A DNA stretch of 64,000 bases from Selaginella moellendorffii (GCF_000143415.4 NW_003314346.1:315270-379269), one strand, 5' to 3'; counted from the first letter of the stretch, positions 23,901-38,531 are shown. Made by a program: numbers and translations. Notes: generated by a model from the letters alone, not told the origin.

Positions 23901-26004
23901 GCATATCCTAACTACACTCGACCTTTTATTTTGCGCGTGGATGCTTCTGACATTGGTCTTGGAGGTGTGTTAATGCAAGAGAGCTCGAGTGTGCCTGGTC
24001 AGTGCCATCCCATTGCATATATAAGCCGTACATTACAACCAGCGGAGATGAACTACTCCACAATAGAGAATGAGTGTTTAGTAGCAGTTTGGGGTTTTGA
24101 GAAACTTCATACATATCTACATGGTTCTCGGACGTTACTTGAAGGTGACCATGCTGCTGTTACTTCATTATTAAAGCGAAAGAACCTGGTTGGTCGTACT
24201 GCTTGGTGGGCTTTGAAGCTTCAGATATATGATTTTGATGTTGTTCACCGCCCAAGGAGTTCTATGGCTGATGCTGATGCCCTTTCTCGAGCTCCTCTTC
24301 CTTCTTCATTCTCTTCTCATGTTTCTGACGAGCCTATCGTTCCAGCATCTGTGGATTTTCTAGACGAGGATTCTGTGCCGTTGGCGGTTGCTATACTTGA
24401 CGTTCAGTGTCCACAAGGTGCAGAGCAAGATCTACCTTCACTTGATGAGGTTCGCGAGGCTCAAAAGATTGAGCCATGGATTCGAAGGCTTCGAGATGGG
24501 TTTGAGAATCCTGTATCACTTGCTGATGACTTGCCTTTCCGGCATTTACATTCTCAATATCGTCTTGAACGTGGCCTTCTTTATTTTTTGGGGACAGATC
24601 CTGATGATCAATTACGGCTGGTGGTGCCTTCTATCTTTATTCCGTAGTTTCTCCATACCTACCATGATTCTCCTATTCTAGGTGGGCATATGGGACATCG
24701 TCGTGTAATCGAGAAGCTACGCAGGTTTTTCTATTGGCCGGAGATGTGACGTGATATTATCCGGTATGTGCGTAGCTGCGTTTGGTGCCAAGCTCGTAAT
24801 ACTCCCCCTCGGACTGCGGAAGGACAGTTGGAGTCAATTGCAGTTTCCCGTCCGTTTGAATTGGTGGCATTTGATCTTATGGGACATTTTCCATGGTCAA
24901 CTGCTGGCAATGAGTATGTTATTATTGCTTCTGACTATTTGACTCGTTGGGTGGAAGTTGGTGCTCTTGCTAGTGCCTCTGCAACTACTGTTGGATACTT
25001 CCTCCTCAATCGAGTGGTGTTCCAGCATTCTTGTCCAGAGCGGATTCTTTCGGATAATGGTCCCGCTTTTATGGCTGAGGCGTTTCATGTTTTGACGTCT
25101 CAGTTGGGGATTCGCCACACTTTCACGAGTGCTTATCATCCACAATTAGATGGTCTGGTGGAACGGCTCGTTCGGACATTCAAGGGGATGATTGCGAAGT
25201 ATGTGAACTTTCAGCATTCGGATTGGGATGGTTATTTGCCGTCTCTTCAGTATACATATGTCACTGGGGTGCAGAGTTCTGTTGGTGCTTCACCATATAA
25301 ACTCCTATATGGTCATGATTCAATATTACCAACGGAGCTGGGTTTACCTTCGCAATTGCCACGAGCTGCGGATGCTAGGTCATGGAATCAATATTTGACA
25401 AGCATTCTTCCACTTGTCCGAGCAGAGTCTGCCGAACACTTAGGCCGCGTACAAGTGGGACAACAACGGCGCTACAACTCCCGTCATCGTCCACCTGCAG
25501 AGTACAAAGTGGATGATTTGGTGTTAGTTCGTTTTCCCTATCTTACGGTAAGTGGTTTATCTAAGGGGCTCCTTGCACAGTGGAAAGGACCGTATCGGGT
25601 GTTGCGGCAAGTTGGACCACAAGTTTATGAGGTTCGGCCTGACGTCGAGCAGGCCGATCCTCCAGAGATTGTGCATGTGCAGCGGTTGAAACGCTTTATA
25701 CAAAGGGATCAGGAGTAGTTAATACCATCTACAGATCCACCGATGCCTCCTCCTGATGTTCCTCCAGATCCTGGCCCATCTACAATAGAACCCTAATAGT
25801 CTTCCATTATCCTAAGAGGGGGGGATGATGTGAGGGCCAAGTGTACAGTTATGATGCTGTATACTAATATTAGCGTAGTGGGATTTTGATAGCCGTCGGA
25901 TTAGTTTCAATCCGAACCACTCGCTCCTGTATATGAGCTAGGGTTTTTTGGGCTAATGGATATGCACATTTCTGTATTCCCTTTCCATATTCCAAGCACT
26001 CACT
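20991..26004 (+). mobile_element. Full-length Ty3/Gypsy retrotransposon (non-chromovirus), 176-bp LTRs
   Basis: LTRs 20991-21166 and 25829-26004. PBS TGGTGGAGATGAGGGG (tRNA-Ala-like) at 21168. PPT AAGAGGGGGGGA. 4-bp TSD AAGT. Confidence 0.92.
21400..25718 (+). pseudogene. Gag-PR-RT-RH-INT, broken by several stops and a gag/pol frame change
   Basis: Gag RPEFFHG…W; PR VLVDTG; RT LDLASGYWQV…FIDD; RH VDASDIG; INT GGHMG…CVWC, FDLMG, SDNG, YHPQLDGLVER, GPY. Stops at 22111, 22659, 23727, 24645 and ~24747. Confidence 0.9.
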
Positions 26005-27329
26005 AAGTGTTAAAAATTAATAACTTTTAAAACATTTTCAGTTGTGAATTTCTAAATTAAACTATTTTTTGTCATGTTTTAATTTGTAATTATGCTGATC
26101 TTTATTCTTAACTTTCATATATCAGAGCTATTTATTACTTATATTTTCAAGTACTTTACTCAACATATTTAACTTCTTGTTAACTATATTAAACGACATA
26201 AATCTATAGCAATAAAAGGGTTGATGTATTATGGACAGTTTTCATTTATTATAGATGAATTTCATACAAAACAACATCAAGCTCATGTATATCAAACAAG
26301 TATCAAATTAACAAAATATTGTAGCTAGCTCACGATTTTGTTTTAATGTTCAAATGTTAAAGTTTCTCATGATAGATTAACATCTAAACTAGGATTATTG
26401 TCCAATAACCATATAACAAGATTTAAGAATGTATAATTCAATTAGTCCAACCCAACATAAAATTTAGCTATTATGTATTTTATTAAATTTAATATTTAAA
26501 GGAATTTTACTTAATTTTTTTATAATATAACTTTTTAAATTAAAATAAATTTTAAATTAGTATATAATTCAAATTAAATATTATAATTATAATTATTATT
26601 TTATAAGACATAATGAATACTTTATCATTATCTAGTATAGTATAATGTATTCTTATTAAATAATATATTTTAATTAATGATCTTTTATATTTTTTATGTG
26701 CTCAAGTTACTTCTATTAAAAATGTTTTATTCAACAAGAACTCCAAAAAACACAAATTCAGATTTATTCTGTTATATCTTTTCTCTTTTATAATTTTTTT
26801 CTCTAGAATTTTTGAAACATTCTTAAATATTAGTTATATTAAGATTCATTGTACTCTTTTATAACTTTAGTGAGTGATTGGAGTATGGAGATATACTATT
26901 AATTTCACCCAAAAGCCTTGAAGTGAGAGCCTTTACACGCCAGTTTATACCTTTAAATTCATTAAGTATTCTATTGATGTATTTTACATCACACAAATAC
27001 ATTATAAATATATTTAGCTTCAAAACTTAACCTTTCTTTCCTGAATTTTTTAGTTTAAAGTGCATTGATTTGTATCCATACTTATAAGAAAACTTTTGTT
27101 GCAATTTAAGATCTAGAGTTGTGATCTAGGATCTATAGCTAGCAAGGTTGGTTTATTAAATGTTGTGCTAAACTTTATATATTTATGGTCCAGTTTGAGT
27201 TTGCTATAACACTTAATATAGTCCTTTCCACTAAGCAAGTAACCAAGACAAACTATAAAACTAGGGAAACAAATTAACACTACATCATCTACTTTATACT
27301 TTGCAAATGGATGATGATAAAAGTTGTAA

Positions 27330-28015
27330 TGTTGTTATTCTCCCACTTGTATATATTGCAAATATTTAGTAAACTCCAATTGAACCAGTAGAATAGTGTC
27401 TATCAAATATTAATCCCAAGATTTAACATTAGCAACTTATGATAGTTATGAAAGTAAACTCAACTTTGTTGGTAATATTAGACCATAATTATATAAAACT
27501 TTTTATGGTGAAACATCAGCAAAACTTTGTACCCTTGTAATATATGCATACTGAAGCAGTGGTAATTAACCATTTAATCCAAATACTGAAAGTTCACATA
27601 CTTTACAATCACCCATTTAAAAGTCTAAAATGAGATATTTCACCAAATCATCTATTTGTGGATGAAAAATACTCATGAAAGTGTGGTATATCCCTACTTG
27701 AGCCATCAAGACATAAAATGTTTTAGCCATAAATGCGGGATAATTATTTGCAAGAATCTAGACAAAAATGATAGAATACCAGTAGATTGAGAAGGAAGTA
27801 TTTAATTGTAATTGTAAATGCACTAACAAAAACATCAAATTCCACTTAAAAAGTCAAGTAATTTGAAACAATATTGATGTATTCATTATTAATAGTTGAC
27901 TGTGGGAAAAGCCCCACTAAATCAAACTCCACAAACTTAAACAAATAAGAAATTGCAATTGATTTCAACCATTCTTTTATAACATGAGGGGGAGTATTAC
28001 AAGTTTTGCACTAAA
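27330..28015 (-). pseudogene. Highly decayed integrase relic of the same Gypsy family
   Basis: Aligns by eye to the reverse complement of 24790-25460 and to 63320-64000 (e.g. GTGGATGA…ATGAAAGTGTGG, AGCCATAAATGCGGGA, GGGGGAGTATTAC), with strong C>T/G>A drift. Confidence 0.75.
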
Positions 28016-29313
28016 CACAACTATATATATATTTTTGCAATTTTTTAATCACACAATGATGTTTTATATGTTAGTTGAGAATAAAAACTTTATAATAAAC
28101 TATAAACTCTTGAATTTGGACTTCCTTAAAAGTCATTTAACACAGTATTACTCAAATTGAATGATGTTTAAACCCAACTCAAACTCAATGATACTTATCC
28201 CTAAGTATCCCAATTGCTCAAATTATTCTAATACCCTTAATCAATTGGAAAATAAGGTGCACTCTTATTTATGAGCTCTTTCTCTTTATATTTAAACCCT
28301 AATAGATTGTATCTCAAGTTATTTATATAAGTATAGAGAAAATATAGAATAAAGATCAAAGGCATCATATAAATGTTGAAATGCTAAGTAAGTGATGTAG
28401 GATTTTCAAACCCATCACAAAGCTATTAAATCTATAATTTAATCTTTTGAGCCTTATGAACCTCATCAAAATAAGGTAAATCTAGCTTTAACTTTCTGGA
28501 CACTAAACATCAAATATAACAACCACCAATGGCATAAAATCCTTATAAAAAAAATCCAACAATGTTGGAATAATAGGCTTGTCAGAAATACAAGAAGAGA
28601 GCAAAATGTAAAGAACTAACTCCCCAAGGTGTTGTAGGCTAAAGGATCCCTGAAACCATAACCAAAATGATAAAGAGTTAATCAGATAAGACCAAGTTTG
28701 AAATTGAGTCTGAGATCAACTCTGAAACCGAGTTTGAGACTGTGAGTAAGATTTTTTCCACCTTTACTCACATTTTTGCCCCTGCCTATAAAATAGTGAC
28801 AAACAAATAAAGACAAAAACATAGAGAAAGAAGAGAAGAAGATTGAAAGAGAACTCAACATTAAACCCAAAGGCATAAGTAAGGATAAACATATGTCACT
28901 CTCTCAACTCTACTTTGCATAAACAGTCATAGACAAGAGAAAAAATAATTAATTTAATACAAATGCATATAACAATAAGTGGGGGTTATTTTCCAGTAGG
29001 TTTAAGTGCTATTTATATACTACATGATTTTATAACCATTCCTAAATGCTTTATGTTTGTCTATGATAAGTGTTCCCTAGGTTGAGTTTTTATTCTTTGG
29101 ATGCTTAAACTTAGGTGTAACTCCATTTTACTTAAGCTTTCTTCTTTTACTCTACCTGGGATGATACACAAAATAAAATATTTACCTCTTCATCACTCCC
29201 CAATAACAAAGCTATTGCTTATCCTCAAGTAGTCAAATTCTCTAAATCTTACTCCAAGTTGCTAAGCTTTGTCTTTATAGTGATAAGCTCAATGCTTTAG
29301 TGTAGATTATTGA

Positions 29314-30410
29314 TGTAAATAACTAAATTGTCCATTTTACTTTAGTCACTTAACCACTTCTTTGACCACATGGAAAAGTCTCACTCATGACCTCTATAAG
29401 TCTTATTCCCAACTTGGGGATTTACTAGTTTCGTGAATGACATTTATGCCACATAGCCTTTGCACTTAGTCCAATTGCTCTACGTGCCCGATCCTATGAC
29501 TAACACCCAAAAGTACTACTGATATATTAATTTGTTACGTTAATGCTATGTCTATTTACCCTTGTTTCATTGGTAATCCTAGACCACCCATGCCATAATC
29601 TCATCTCTTATAGACTAGGCTATCCGTATATGAGTGGTTATCCCAAAACCACTCCTTAGCATCCTTAGGATGCCTAGAGATATGGGGAATAACCTTCCTC
29701 AACATCCTTTTTCGGTCCTTATTAAGTCCATTTCTGTCCCCAGCTATGTTCACTAACATTGCTATTGGGATAGGGCCAGAAGGCTTAACCATTGTGTCCC
29801 ATTGACCTTTGGGACTTTCTTGCCACATGACCACATCTTTAGTCACTACACAAGAGGATTGCTCCTCTTCTTTCCATAGTCTAGGACTTTGGGACAACAT
29901 CTCAAAACACCATCAACTTACACAAGCCTTGTGGGTGCTCTCCCCACCTTTCGCCTTTGGGTGCTCTAGCCATGTGTCTAGAGCGAGGTTTCAATAAATC
30001 ACACCAGGTATCTAAGTAGGTAATGCCACCCATACTTAGATTGGGAGCATCAACCATTCGATTTCTCAAGGGAGCTATAGTCAGCTCTTGAACTCTTCAC
30101 CAAGTTACCTCACTTGTCCATCTATATTCACTTTAGCTTTGGACTCTTCAGTGGTTATATTATCACTCATCATATGGATATAACCTTCCTTGGTTACACT
30201 GGCTTTCTCTGGCTAAACTAGCTCTATTAGAGTCCTCTCCTTATTATACTTTTAGAACTCACCAAACCCCCCAGGGTTTGGGAGACGATCACTTTGGGCT
30301 TTCATCCTCAGACTTGAACTTGGACTTGGTCTCAGATTTAGACACAGTCTCAGTCTCGGTCTCGGTCACGGTCTCGGTCTCGGTCTCGGTCTCGGCCTCG
30401 ACCTCGAACG
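29314..30410 (-). mobile_element. Decayed partial LTR of the large non-coding LTR family
   Basis: Reverse complement resembles 32600-33738, including the GAGACC array and the terminal …AATTTAGT…TACA. Confidence 0.8.
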
Positions 30411-32224
30411 AGCCCGGGTACGTTTTGAGCTCATGAGCTCGGAAGCTGAGCTCACAACTTCTCAAACACAAGGAAAACATTGGTTTGTCCTGAACTAACA
30501 TCTTTTCATTTTTCAAATTTTGATTTAATCTATATTTCTAAGTAAATTCGATCAATAAAATACAAATATAAATATAGATTCAAACACTAAAAGTGATCTA
30601 AAAACACTTCTTAAGTTCTACAATTGTAAGGCTTGCCTGATGGATGTGATAGTTGATCTTAGAATCTTGGTTTAGTTCCTGGATAAAAATGTAATAAATG
30701 TGCTTGCAAGCTAAATATACCTTTCCCCTGTTCTCCCTTTGTGTAAAATCTGGACAGGTATAGGATGGATTTTCACAGATTTTGATAGTGTAGCTCATAT
30801 CCTTTGACAACTTAGTCACAATAATAAACTCCTTAGCCACGGCATTGATGTAGTTTATCTTTGTGATTGTGCATTTCAACGCCTTTGCTAGCTTAATCTT
30901 CTCTTGTGCACCTTTTGAAATGGAAAATCTGTATTGTATAGCCTTCCCATTTCTAGCTGGTCGTGTATGCCGATCTAATGTTGACATTGGTGGCATAGTA
31001 GAATCAATAGCAACATTTGAGGAAGTTTTCAGCTTGAAACTAGCTCTCTCCAGACTTTCAATCTCTTCTTTCAAAAGATTGTAGCTTTGCTCAACTAACC
31101 ACTCCTCTAGCATAGAATTTGGCTTTGAGATAATTGAGGTGTGGATCCAGTTTGTATGAGTAACATTAGTCCCATAACAGTAAATCCAACTTGACTGGAG
31201 GCCCGTTACCCCTAGATCTCGACAACCAAAGAAACATGGTACTGCTGAAGAACTTGAACTTGAGCGCACAAATGTAAGACACTGACCTCGACTCCCAATC
31301 ATTCCAAAGCAACGCACATTACTTTTGGCATTGACTCTTCAAATTGCCCAGCTGATACAAAAAATTGGCTCACGAGCAATAATCTTCTCAACCTCTGACA
31401 CTGGATTTACTTGTGTAACAATTGGCACCTCCTCCACTCCATGTTCTTTAGTTCTTCTCCAGTGTCGTGGAACAAAATGGTAGTCAAACTCTGGATGGTG
31501 AGAGCTAGAAGGAGTGATGTTGGGCCCATCAAATGTTTATTGACGCTTCAAATGGGCTACCCTCATGTCCCCAAGTGGTTCATAACTTGATTCCATAGGA
31601 GTTCCAGTAACAACTTCCCCCACCATCTTAGATATTGACCTTGCTGCTAGTGTTGTCCTTCTACCAACCCACTCTCGAAGCTTGTTTAAATTTGGACCTC
31701 TATTAGCAAACCTTGCTTCTTATGCAGCCAAAGCTTTTGATGACTGCTCAAGAGATCTAGTGAGGTCGGAGAGTGTAGCTTCATAGAGGGACACTTTTCC
31801 TTTCCTTGCTTCGGAAGTTCTTCAACTCCAATATTTGCTCTCAGAGAGACTAATTGTTAGTGTAAGTGCAATATCATCAAGTGGTTGATCCTAGGAAAAA
31901 TGCAACATTTGAATATGACAAAAAAAGAAAATGAGAGAAAACTTACATGGAGAATATAATGGCCCCACTAAAACATTTGAGCTTCCCACCATACTGTGAG
32001 ACACAAAATCCCTAGGCCCCAAAGTGGAGCCGGAAAGGGTGCCACGTGGTAGTGGCTGAAGCGAGAGCCAAACAAGTGTAACACGTTTGGACCAAAAGCT
32101 CCGACTTGAAAAGTCAAGAGCGGGAGTGGAACTCCCAAAGAAGTGCTCGAGGAACGAGCATGAAGCGAGCAAAAAGCGAGGCTCCAAAAAGGGACCCAAA
32201 AGGACCAACACATGACACGTGGAA

Positions 32225-32745
32225 GTGTCCGAGATGGACCCGAGTTGGAGTCCGAAGTGGAGTCCGAGATGGACTCGAGTTGGAGTCCGAAGTGGAGTCC
32301 GAGATGGACTCGAGTTGGAGTCCGAAGTGGAGTCCGAGATGGACCCGAGTTGGAGTCCGAAGTGGAGTCCGAGATGGACCCGAGTTGGAGTCCGAAGTGG
32401 AGTCCGAGATGGACCTGAGATGGAGTCCAAGGTGGACCCGAAATGGAGTCCGAGATGGAGTCCGAGGTGGACCCGAGATGGACCCGAAATGGAGTCTGAG
32501 ATGGAGTCCGAGATGGACCCGAGATGGAGTCCGAGATGGACCCGAAGTGGAGTCCGAGATGGAGTCCGAGATGGAGTCCGAGATGGAGTCCGAAGTCGAG
32601 ACCGAGACCGGGACCGAGACCGAGACCGAGACCGAGATCAGGACCAAGAACGAGACCGAGGCCGAGGCCGAGACCGAGCCCGAGCCCGAGTCTGAGTCCG
32701 AGTCTGAGTCCGAGTCCGAGTCCGAGTCCGAGTTCGAGTCTGAGA
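32225..32745. repeat. Minisatellite in 5' LTR (6/12/36-bp hierarchy GAGTCC / GAGTCCGAGATG)
   Basis: Directly visible tandem array; unit number differs from the 3' LTR. Confidence 0.9.
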
Positions 32746-35700
32746 GGGTGAAAGCCCAAAGCGTTCGTCTCCCAGACCCTGGGGGGTTTGGTGAGCTCCA
32801 AAAGTATAGTAGGGGGAGGACTGCAGTGGAGCCAGTTTGGCCAGGAAAGGCCAGTTTGGCCCAGGAAGGCCGGACCCAGTGTTGGGTGATGAGCTTCCCA
32901 CTGGGAAGTCCAAGACTAGAGTGAACACAGACCGACAAGCAGGGTAGCTTGGTGAAGTGTCCAAGAGCCGGCTCTAGTTCCCCCGGGAGATCGACTGGCC
33001 GATGCTCCCAGTCCAAGTGTGGGTGGCACTACCTACTTGGATACCTGGTGTGGCTCAACGGAACCCACTCTAATCCCATGGCTAGAGCACCCAAGGGCAG
33101 AAGGCAAGGAGAGTACCCAGGTGGCTCGCGTAAGGCCACGGTGTTCCGAAATGTTGTCCCAAAGGCCCAGACTGTGGAAAGGAAGAGGAGCAGTCCTCTA
33201 GGGTAGTGACCAAGGACACAGTTGTGTGGTGAGGAAGTCCCAGAGGACTGTGGGACTTAGTGGTCGGGCCTGTGGGTCTCGATCCAGTGGCAGTGTTGGC
33301 AAACACGACCAGGGGCAGAAAGGGACTTAGTGGGGACTGATAGAGGGATATTGGGGAAGGCTATTCCCCTTGTTGGTGGGCATCCTAAGGATGCTAAGGA
33401 GTGGATTTGAGATGACCACTCACGGATGGTTTGCCTAGTCTTGGAGAGCCAAGACTGTGATGCAAGTGGTATTGGACTACCAGTGTGGCAAAGGTGATTG
33501 GGCATGGCCTTAGCGTAACGGGCTGCTATGCCGGTGGTACCTTTGAGTGTCGGTCATGGGATCGGACACGTGGAGCACTTGGACCAAGCGCAAATGTTGA
33601 GTGGCATGGATGCCATTCTCGGGGCTAGCAAGTCCCAAGTCCTGGATTGGACTTATGGAGGTTGTGAATGAAACTCCTCCAAGTGGTCAGAGGTGTGGTT
33701 AAGTGACTAAAGTAGAATGGAAAATTTAGTCTCTTACAATTTGGTATCAGAGCTGTTCCTTAGTCCGACTTTTATTGGTGCTCAAGTATATCACCACTAG
33801 TGTTGGCATCGGAAGGTCCGAGGAGTGGGCCTATCCTTGAGGAGTAGCAAGTCGGGAAGACATGACTCTCCATCACAGTTCATGTGTGAACTTGTAGATG
33901 AGGTGGTGGATAGAAAAGGGCCAATAATGGAGATCTTGGGAACAGTGCAAGGTTTTCCTCATTGAGTTGAGGATGTGATCCGGATGAGCATTTGTCTCAG
34001 CAAATTGGCTAAGGTTGTTGTGGTAAACAACTAAAGTTGGGATCACGGGAAAGATAGAGACTCCAAAACAATAAAGGAGTCACAAGATTATCCTCATATA
34101 GTTGAGGTTGGTGCTCATGAATGTGAGACCAAAGGTAATGACCGTGGAAGGTCAAATACGGAAGAGGACTCAAGTCCTTGAAATGGTAGCCGGGGCTACC
34201 TTTAATAAATGCTGGAACAACCCAAGGAGTTGGGGGGTGTACTTAGAGATGAGTGGTATTCTCATCGCATGGACAAGTAGTCCTAAGGGGCAAAAGTTGC
34301 CCCCAGAGAACAAAATCAAGTGTCGGAGTAACACTTGTGAAAATAGTCCTTTTGAGTAGGACAGGAATGCAAGAAGTGTATTCTAGTGAGCTAGTGCCTC
34401 ACAAGTAGGACCTTACGGGTCTGTGGATTAACCAAGTCCAAAACTACTGGATGACTCAAGTAGAGTCAAGGGATGGTTCTAAAAGGACTGATGGAAGCAT
34501 TTGGACTAAGGTGTGTTGTACCCCACAAAGGATGGAGGGGGATCATAGGATCCAAGGATGAGAATAGAGGGTATCTCATCGATGGCAAAATGTGCCATGC
34601 TAAAGTTATGGGAAAGGTGTTCCCAGAAGAAAACAACTTTGACATAAAGTTGTGTGTGACCTCTATGGGGCAGTGCTAACGGATGGTTGGCATGAGAAAG
34701 AGCGGTGTTGGTCTTGGCAAAGACTTAGACACGAAGGGGAAATGTCATAGAGGTAGGCTCGTGGAGCCGATGGTGTGGAGACACCAAATGTGCTAAGGTG
34801 TGATACCTTGAGGCTATGTTGGTGGGTTCATGAGAACCCCTTGCCAAAGGAATCCCAATGGAAATGGGAATGGCATAGCCTAAGCTGCAGAGCATGCAGT
34901 TGGAGTGTGGTGACCCAGATAATGATGAAGGTGTGAAAGCACCAAGCAATGAGTTGTAGGACTTGACAACTATGAGGCAACTAAGCAAGAGGTGCAAAAT
35001 AACTGGTTAAACGGGTAGGAGGTAGCTACCCAAGACTTCTTAATAGCATAAGGAAGTTGGATATACCCTTACGGGGGATAAGTTGCTTGTGTTGCGATAT
35101 AGTAAGTCAATGTCATAAAAGGAAATACTCATTGTCAAGAAAGCCATCATTGGGACACCCGGACACTGTAGAACACCAGAAGGTGGTGTTTGATGTCGCG
35201 AGGGCACTGGATAAAGCCCAAGGGACTAAGTCCCTAGCAAATGATGGATAGAAGGTGCTATCCAAATGTCCAAGGTTGCGGAGACAGGAGAGGACTGTCT
35301 ACCCGAGTTGGACAAAGCCAAAAATGGAATTTTGGCAAGGCTAGTGATGGGCATGTAAAGGCCCATAAGCAACAATGTAATCCCAGTGTGTGGGATTATA
35401 ACGTGAGCATACCCGGATTGAGGAACCACTCCCTAGGCTATTGGGTAGGTTCATCCCTAAGAATACTTGCTAAAGCGTGATAGAAAGTGCAAAGCTATCC
35501 TCCTGGTCTGGAGGAGAATGACCAAAGGAAAGGTGTGAAGCCAAAAAGCAAGAAGTAAGGGGATAGAACCGAACCATAGGAATCAAAGGGCATAACTAAG
35601 GTTGGTTATGCCAGCTGGGAGTGGAGAATCAAGTGGGGGCTCGAGGGTGTTGCCGCTAGCAACCGTGATGCCATGGAGAGTCTAAAATATGGAATTGTCC

Positions 35701-38066
35701 ATGTTAAACTATGTGGCATTTTGAAAGCTTGCAAAAAGGGAGGCCTTAGCAAGCTGAGGGACAGAGTTCCTTCAAAATTCCCAAAGACGATTCTAGGTAG
35801 CTTAGTACCTAGAAAGGCCAAGTGTAAATGGTTCATGGAACGCACGAAATCAAAGTGGCGCAGCAAAAGCGTGGTCTTGAAGCTTGCCATGAGGCAAGGC
35901 TATCAAGGTTAGGGAAGTAGTTCCCGAGTGTTCAAGAGAGGGCTTTGAACGAAAGTCGATGGTCAAGGACTTTCACGCTTATGCAGGAACCATGTTACAG
36001 TGGTTGGAGGACTTGCCAAGCGAGATTGGCACGTCGGGGGAACAAATACCCTAGTTGAAGGTGATAACTTCAAAAAGGGTGGGCCATGGGGCTGAGCATG
36101 GAGGAGTCCATGCATGATCACAGACATGTCAAGTGAGAGGACTTGGCAGTGTGGAGGAACTAGGTTCCTAAGCTGTGATCTGTAGCGCGCTTTAAAAATA
36201 ACTTGGTGCACCGGCGTGGGGAGTCACGCCAGGCATCTTGTGTGATGCCGTCCGTAGATGCATATACGGAGGTTGGGTTCGAGTCCCGACCCTCTAGTGC
36301 TTGGGTTCGAGTCCCAAATCACTAGGGCGTGGTGATGGTTTGGAATATGAGGACACTCATATTTCGGTGGTCATGGACTCTCAGTGGGGAGACTGGTTTG
36401 GGCACACCGCCAAGCGAGGGATGCCTCGGAGTCGTGATGCACGGTTAGATTGCTTAGTGTGAAAGCTCGGCATATTTAACTTGAACGCTTTGGTGCAAGT
36501 GGCACCAAAGACGTGGTGAGTGAGATGGGGACACCTAATCTCAGTTGCTATGGACCCTTGGCCGGAAGGGTTGGCTTGGGCGCACCGCCAAGTGTGGGGG
36601 ATGCCCCCGGGGTCGTAGTTAACAAGTTAAAGGTCTGGAAGACCTAGTACCTATTGGCAAACCTGTTAAGGTGCCGAGGTGAGATCACTACGTGATCTTG
36701 TGGCTAAATAAGGACAAGGTCCTTGTTTGGGTTAAGGAATAAGGTTCCTAGTTCAAAGTGTTGATTTGAACTATTAATGATGGTGTGGCTTCGTCAAGGT
36801 GACCAAGTGGGAAAAGCACCTTAGGGAAATGAGCTATGTCATTGCGATGGCATAGTGTGTCCAAGGAAAGTAGTCTCTAAAGAGACCCATGAGAGGGTCA
36901 CAAAGTTGGGCCGAGGATAGAGCCCACAGCAGAAGATGCTAAAAGAGACTTATTAGGGGTGAACACCCTAGTCTTGGCAAAGCAGAGCCTTTGCTATGGA
37001 ATCAAAAGAATACCTCAAGGAGGGAGGTAGAGATTCGATGTTGCTTGGTGCAACAATCAACAGATAGGAGCAAAAGATGAGTGGCCAAGATAGGGCCGTG
37101 GAATCCCTGGGAAGGAATCCAAGTGACAAAGTTAGGCGAGGAACACTAATGTGTTGGACGCTAACAAATTGCGGGAAAGGAAGTGTGTTTCCAAGGATGG
37201 ATTCCGAATTGCTCCGATTTGGCGAAAGTGGAAGCTCCAAGGGAGGGAGCGGTAAGGTAGCCAAATGATAGGGCGATGGACAACCCTAGCACAAAGTGTG
37301 ATAAATGGAACTTAGTGCCCAAGGTGGCACGAAATAGAAGAGAGGATGATGGTGCCCTCAAGTAATGAACTTCCTAGGATAGGGAAGTGGAGTTGCACAA
37401 TCTGTGCAATGCAAGGTGTTGGAGACACCTAGGAAATTGACTTCCAAAAGTCAAAAGAGTAAAAGTTCCAAGGTGCAAACATTCCATAGATGGAAATTGA
37501 GACTACTCAAGAAGGAGTAGTGGGATTAACTTAGAGAAGGGTCTCTAAGAGGTTTAGCGAGAACTAAACCAATAAAAGGAGAGAACCACTACATGTGGTC
37601 CAATTAGTCTTTAAGTTGGAGAGACTACCCTCCTTAGAGGATAGGCAAGGCATGGTGAGCCTTTGGTGTCAAACCATTGAGGCATATGCAAAAGGCATGG
37701 TGAGCCTTCAATGTCAAACCATTGACAAATATTGGCTAGGTGCCAAGGATGGAAATGGTAACACATGCGGGTGTTACTTTACAAAATGGTTTACAGTTCG
37801 ATGAGGACATCGAACTTCGTCTATGGGTGGTGGAGTTGTGAGACACAAAATCCCTAGGCCCCAAAGTGGAGCCGGAAAGGGTGCCACGTGGTAGTGGCTG
37901 AAGCGAGAGCCAAACGAGTGTAACACGTTTGGACCAAAAGCTCCGACTTGAAAAGTCAAGAGCGGGAGTGGAACTCCCAAAGAAGTGCTCGAGGAACGAG
38001 CACAAAGCGAGCAAAAAGCGAGGCTCCAAAAAGGGACCCAAAAGGACCAACACATGACACGTGGAA

Positions 38067-38499
38067 GTGTCCGAGATGGACCCGAGTTGGAGTCCGAAGT
38101 GGAGTCCGAGATGGACTCGAGTTGGAGTCCGAAGTGGAGTCCGAGATGGACTCGAGTTGGAGTCCGAAGTGGAGTCCGAGATGGACTCGAGTTGGAGTCC
38201 GAAGTGGAGTCCGAGATGGACCCGAGTTGGAGTCCGAAGTGGAGTCCGAGATGGACTCGAGTTGGAGTCCGAAGTGGAGTCCGAGATGGACCTGAGATGG
38301 AGTCCAAGGTGGACCCGAAATGGAGTCCGAGATGGAGTCCGAGGTGGACCCGAGATGGACCCGAAATGGAGTCTGAGATGGAGTCCGAGATGGACCCGAG
38401 ATGGAGTCCGAGATGGACCCGAAATGGAGTCCGAGATGGACCCGAGATGGAGTCCGAGATGGAGTCCGAGATGGAGTCCGAAGTCGAGACCGAGACCGG

Positions 38500-38531
<32 letters not shown>

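Noticed and set aside
31891-33016. Long low-complexity ORFs (SDSD, RPRP, LGLH repeats), also at 37736-38910
   Set aside because: They are stop-free read-throughs of the LTR minisatellite in several frames on both strands.
36212-36231. Single Sola-like dyad (CGGCGTG-N6-CACGCCA) in the LARD
   Set aside because: One isolated match that forms part of a hairpin series; likely coincidental.
36269-36325. tRNA gene
   Set aside because: Only T-arm-like hairpins; no cloverleaf, D-arm or anticodon arm identified.
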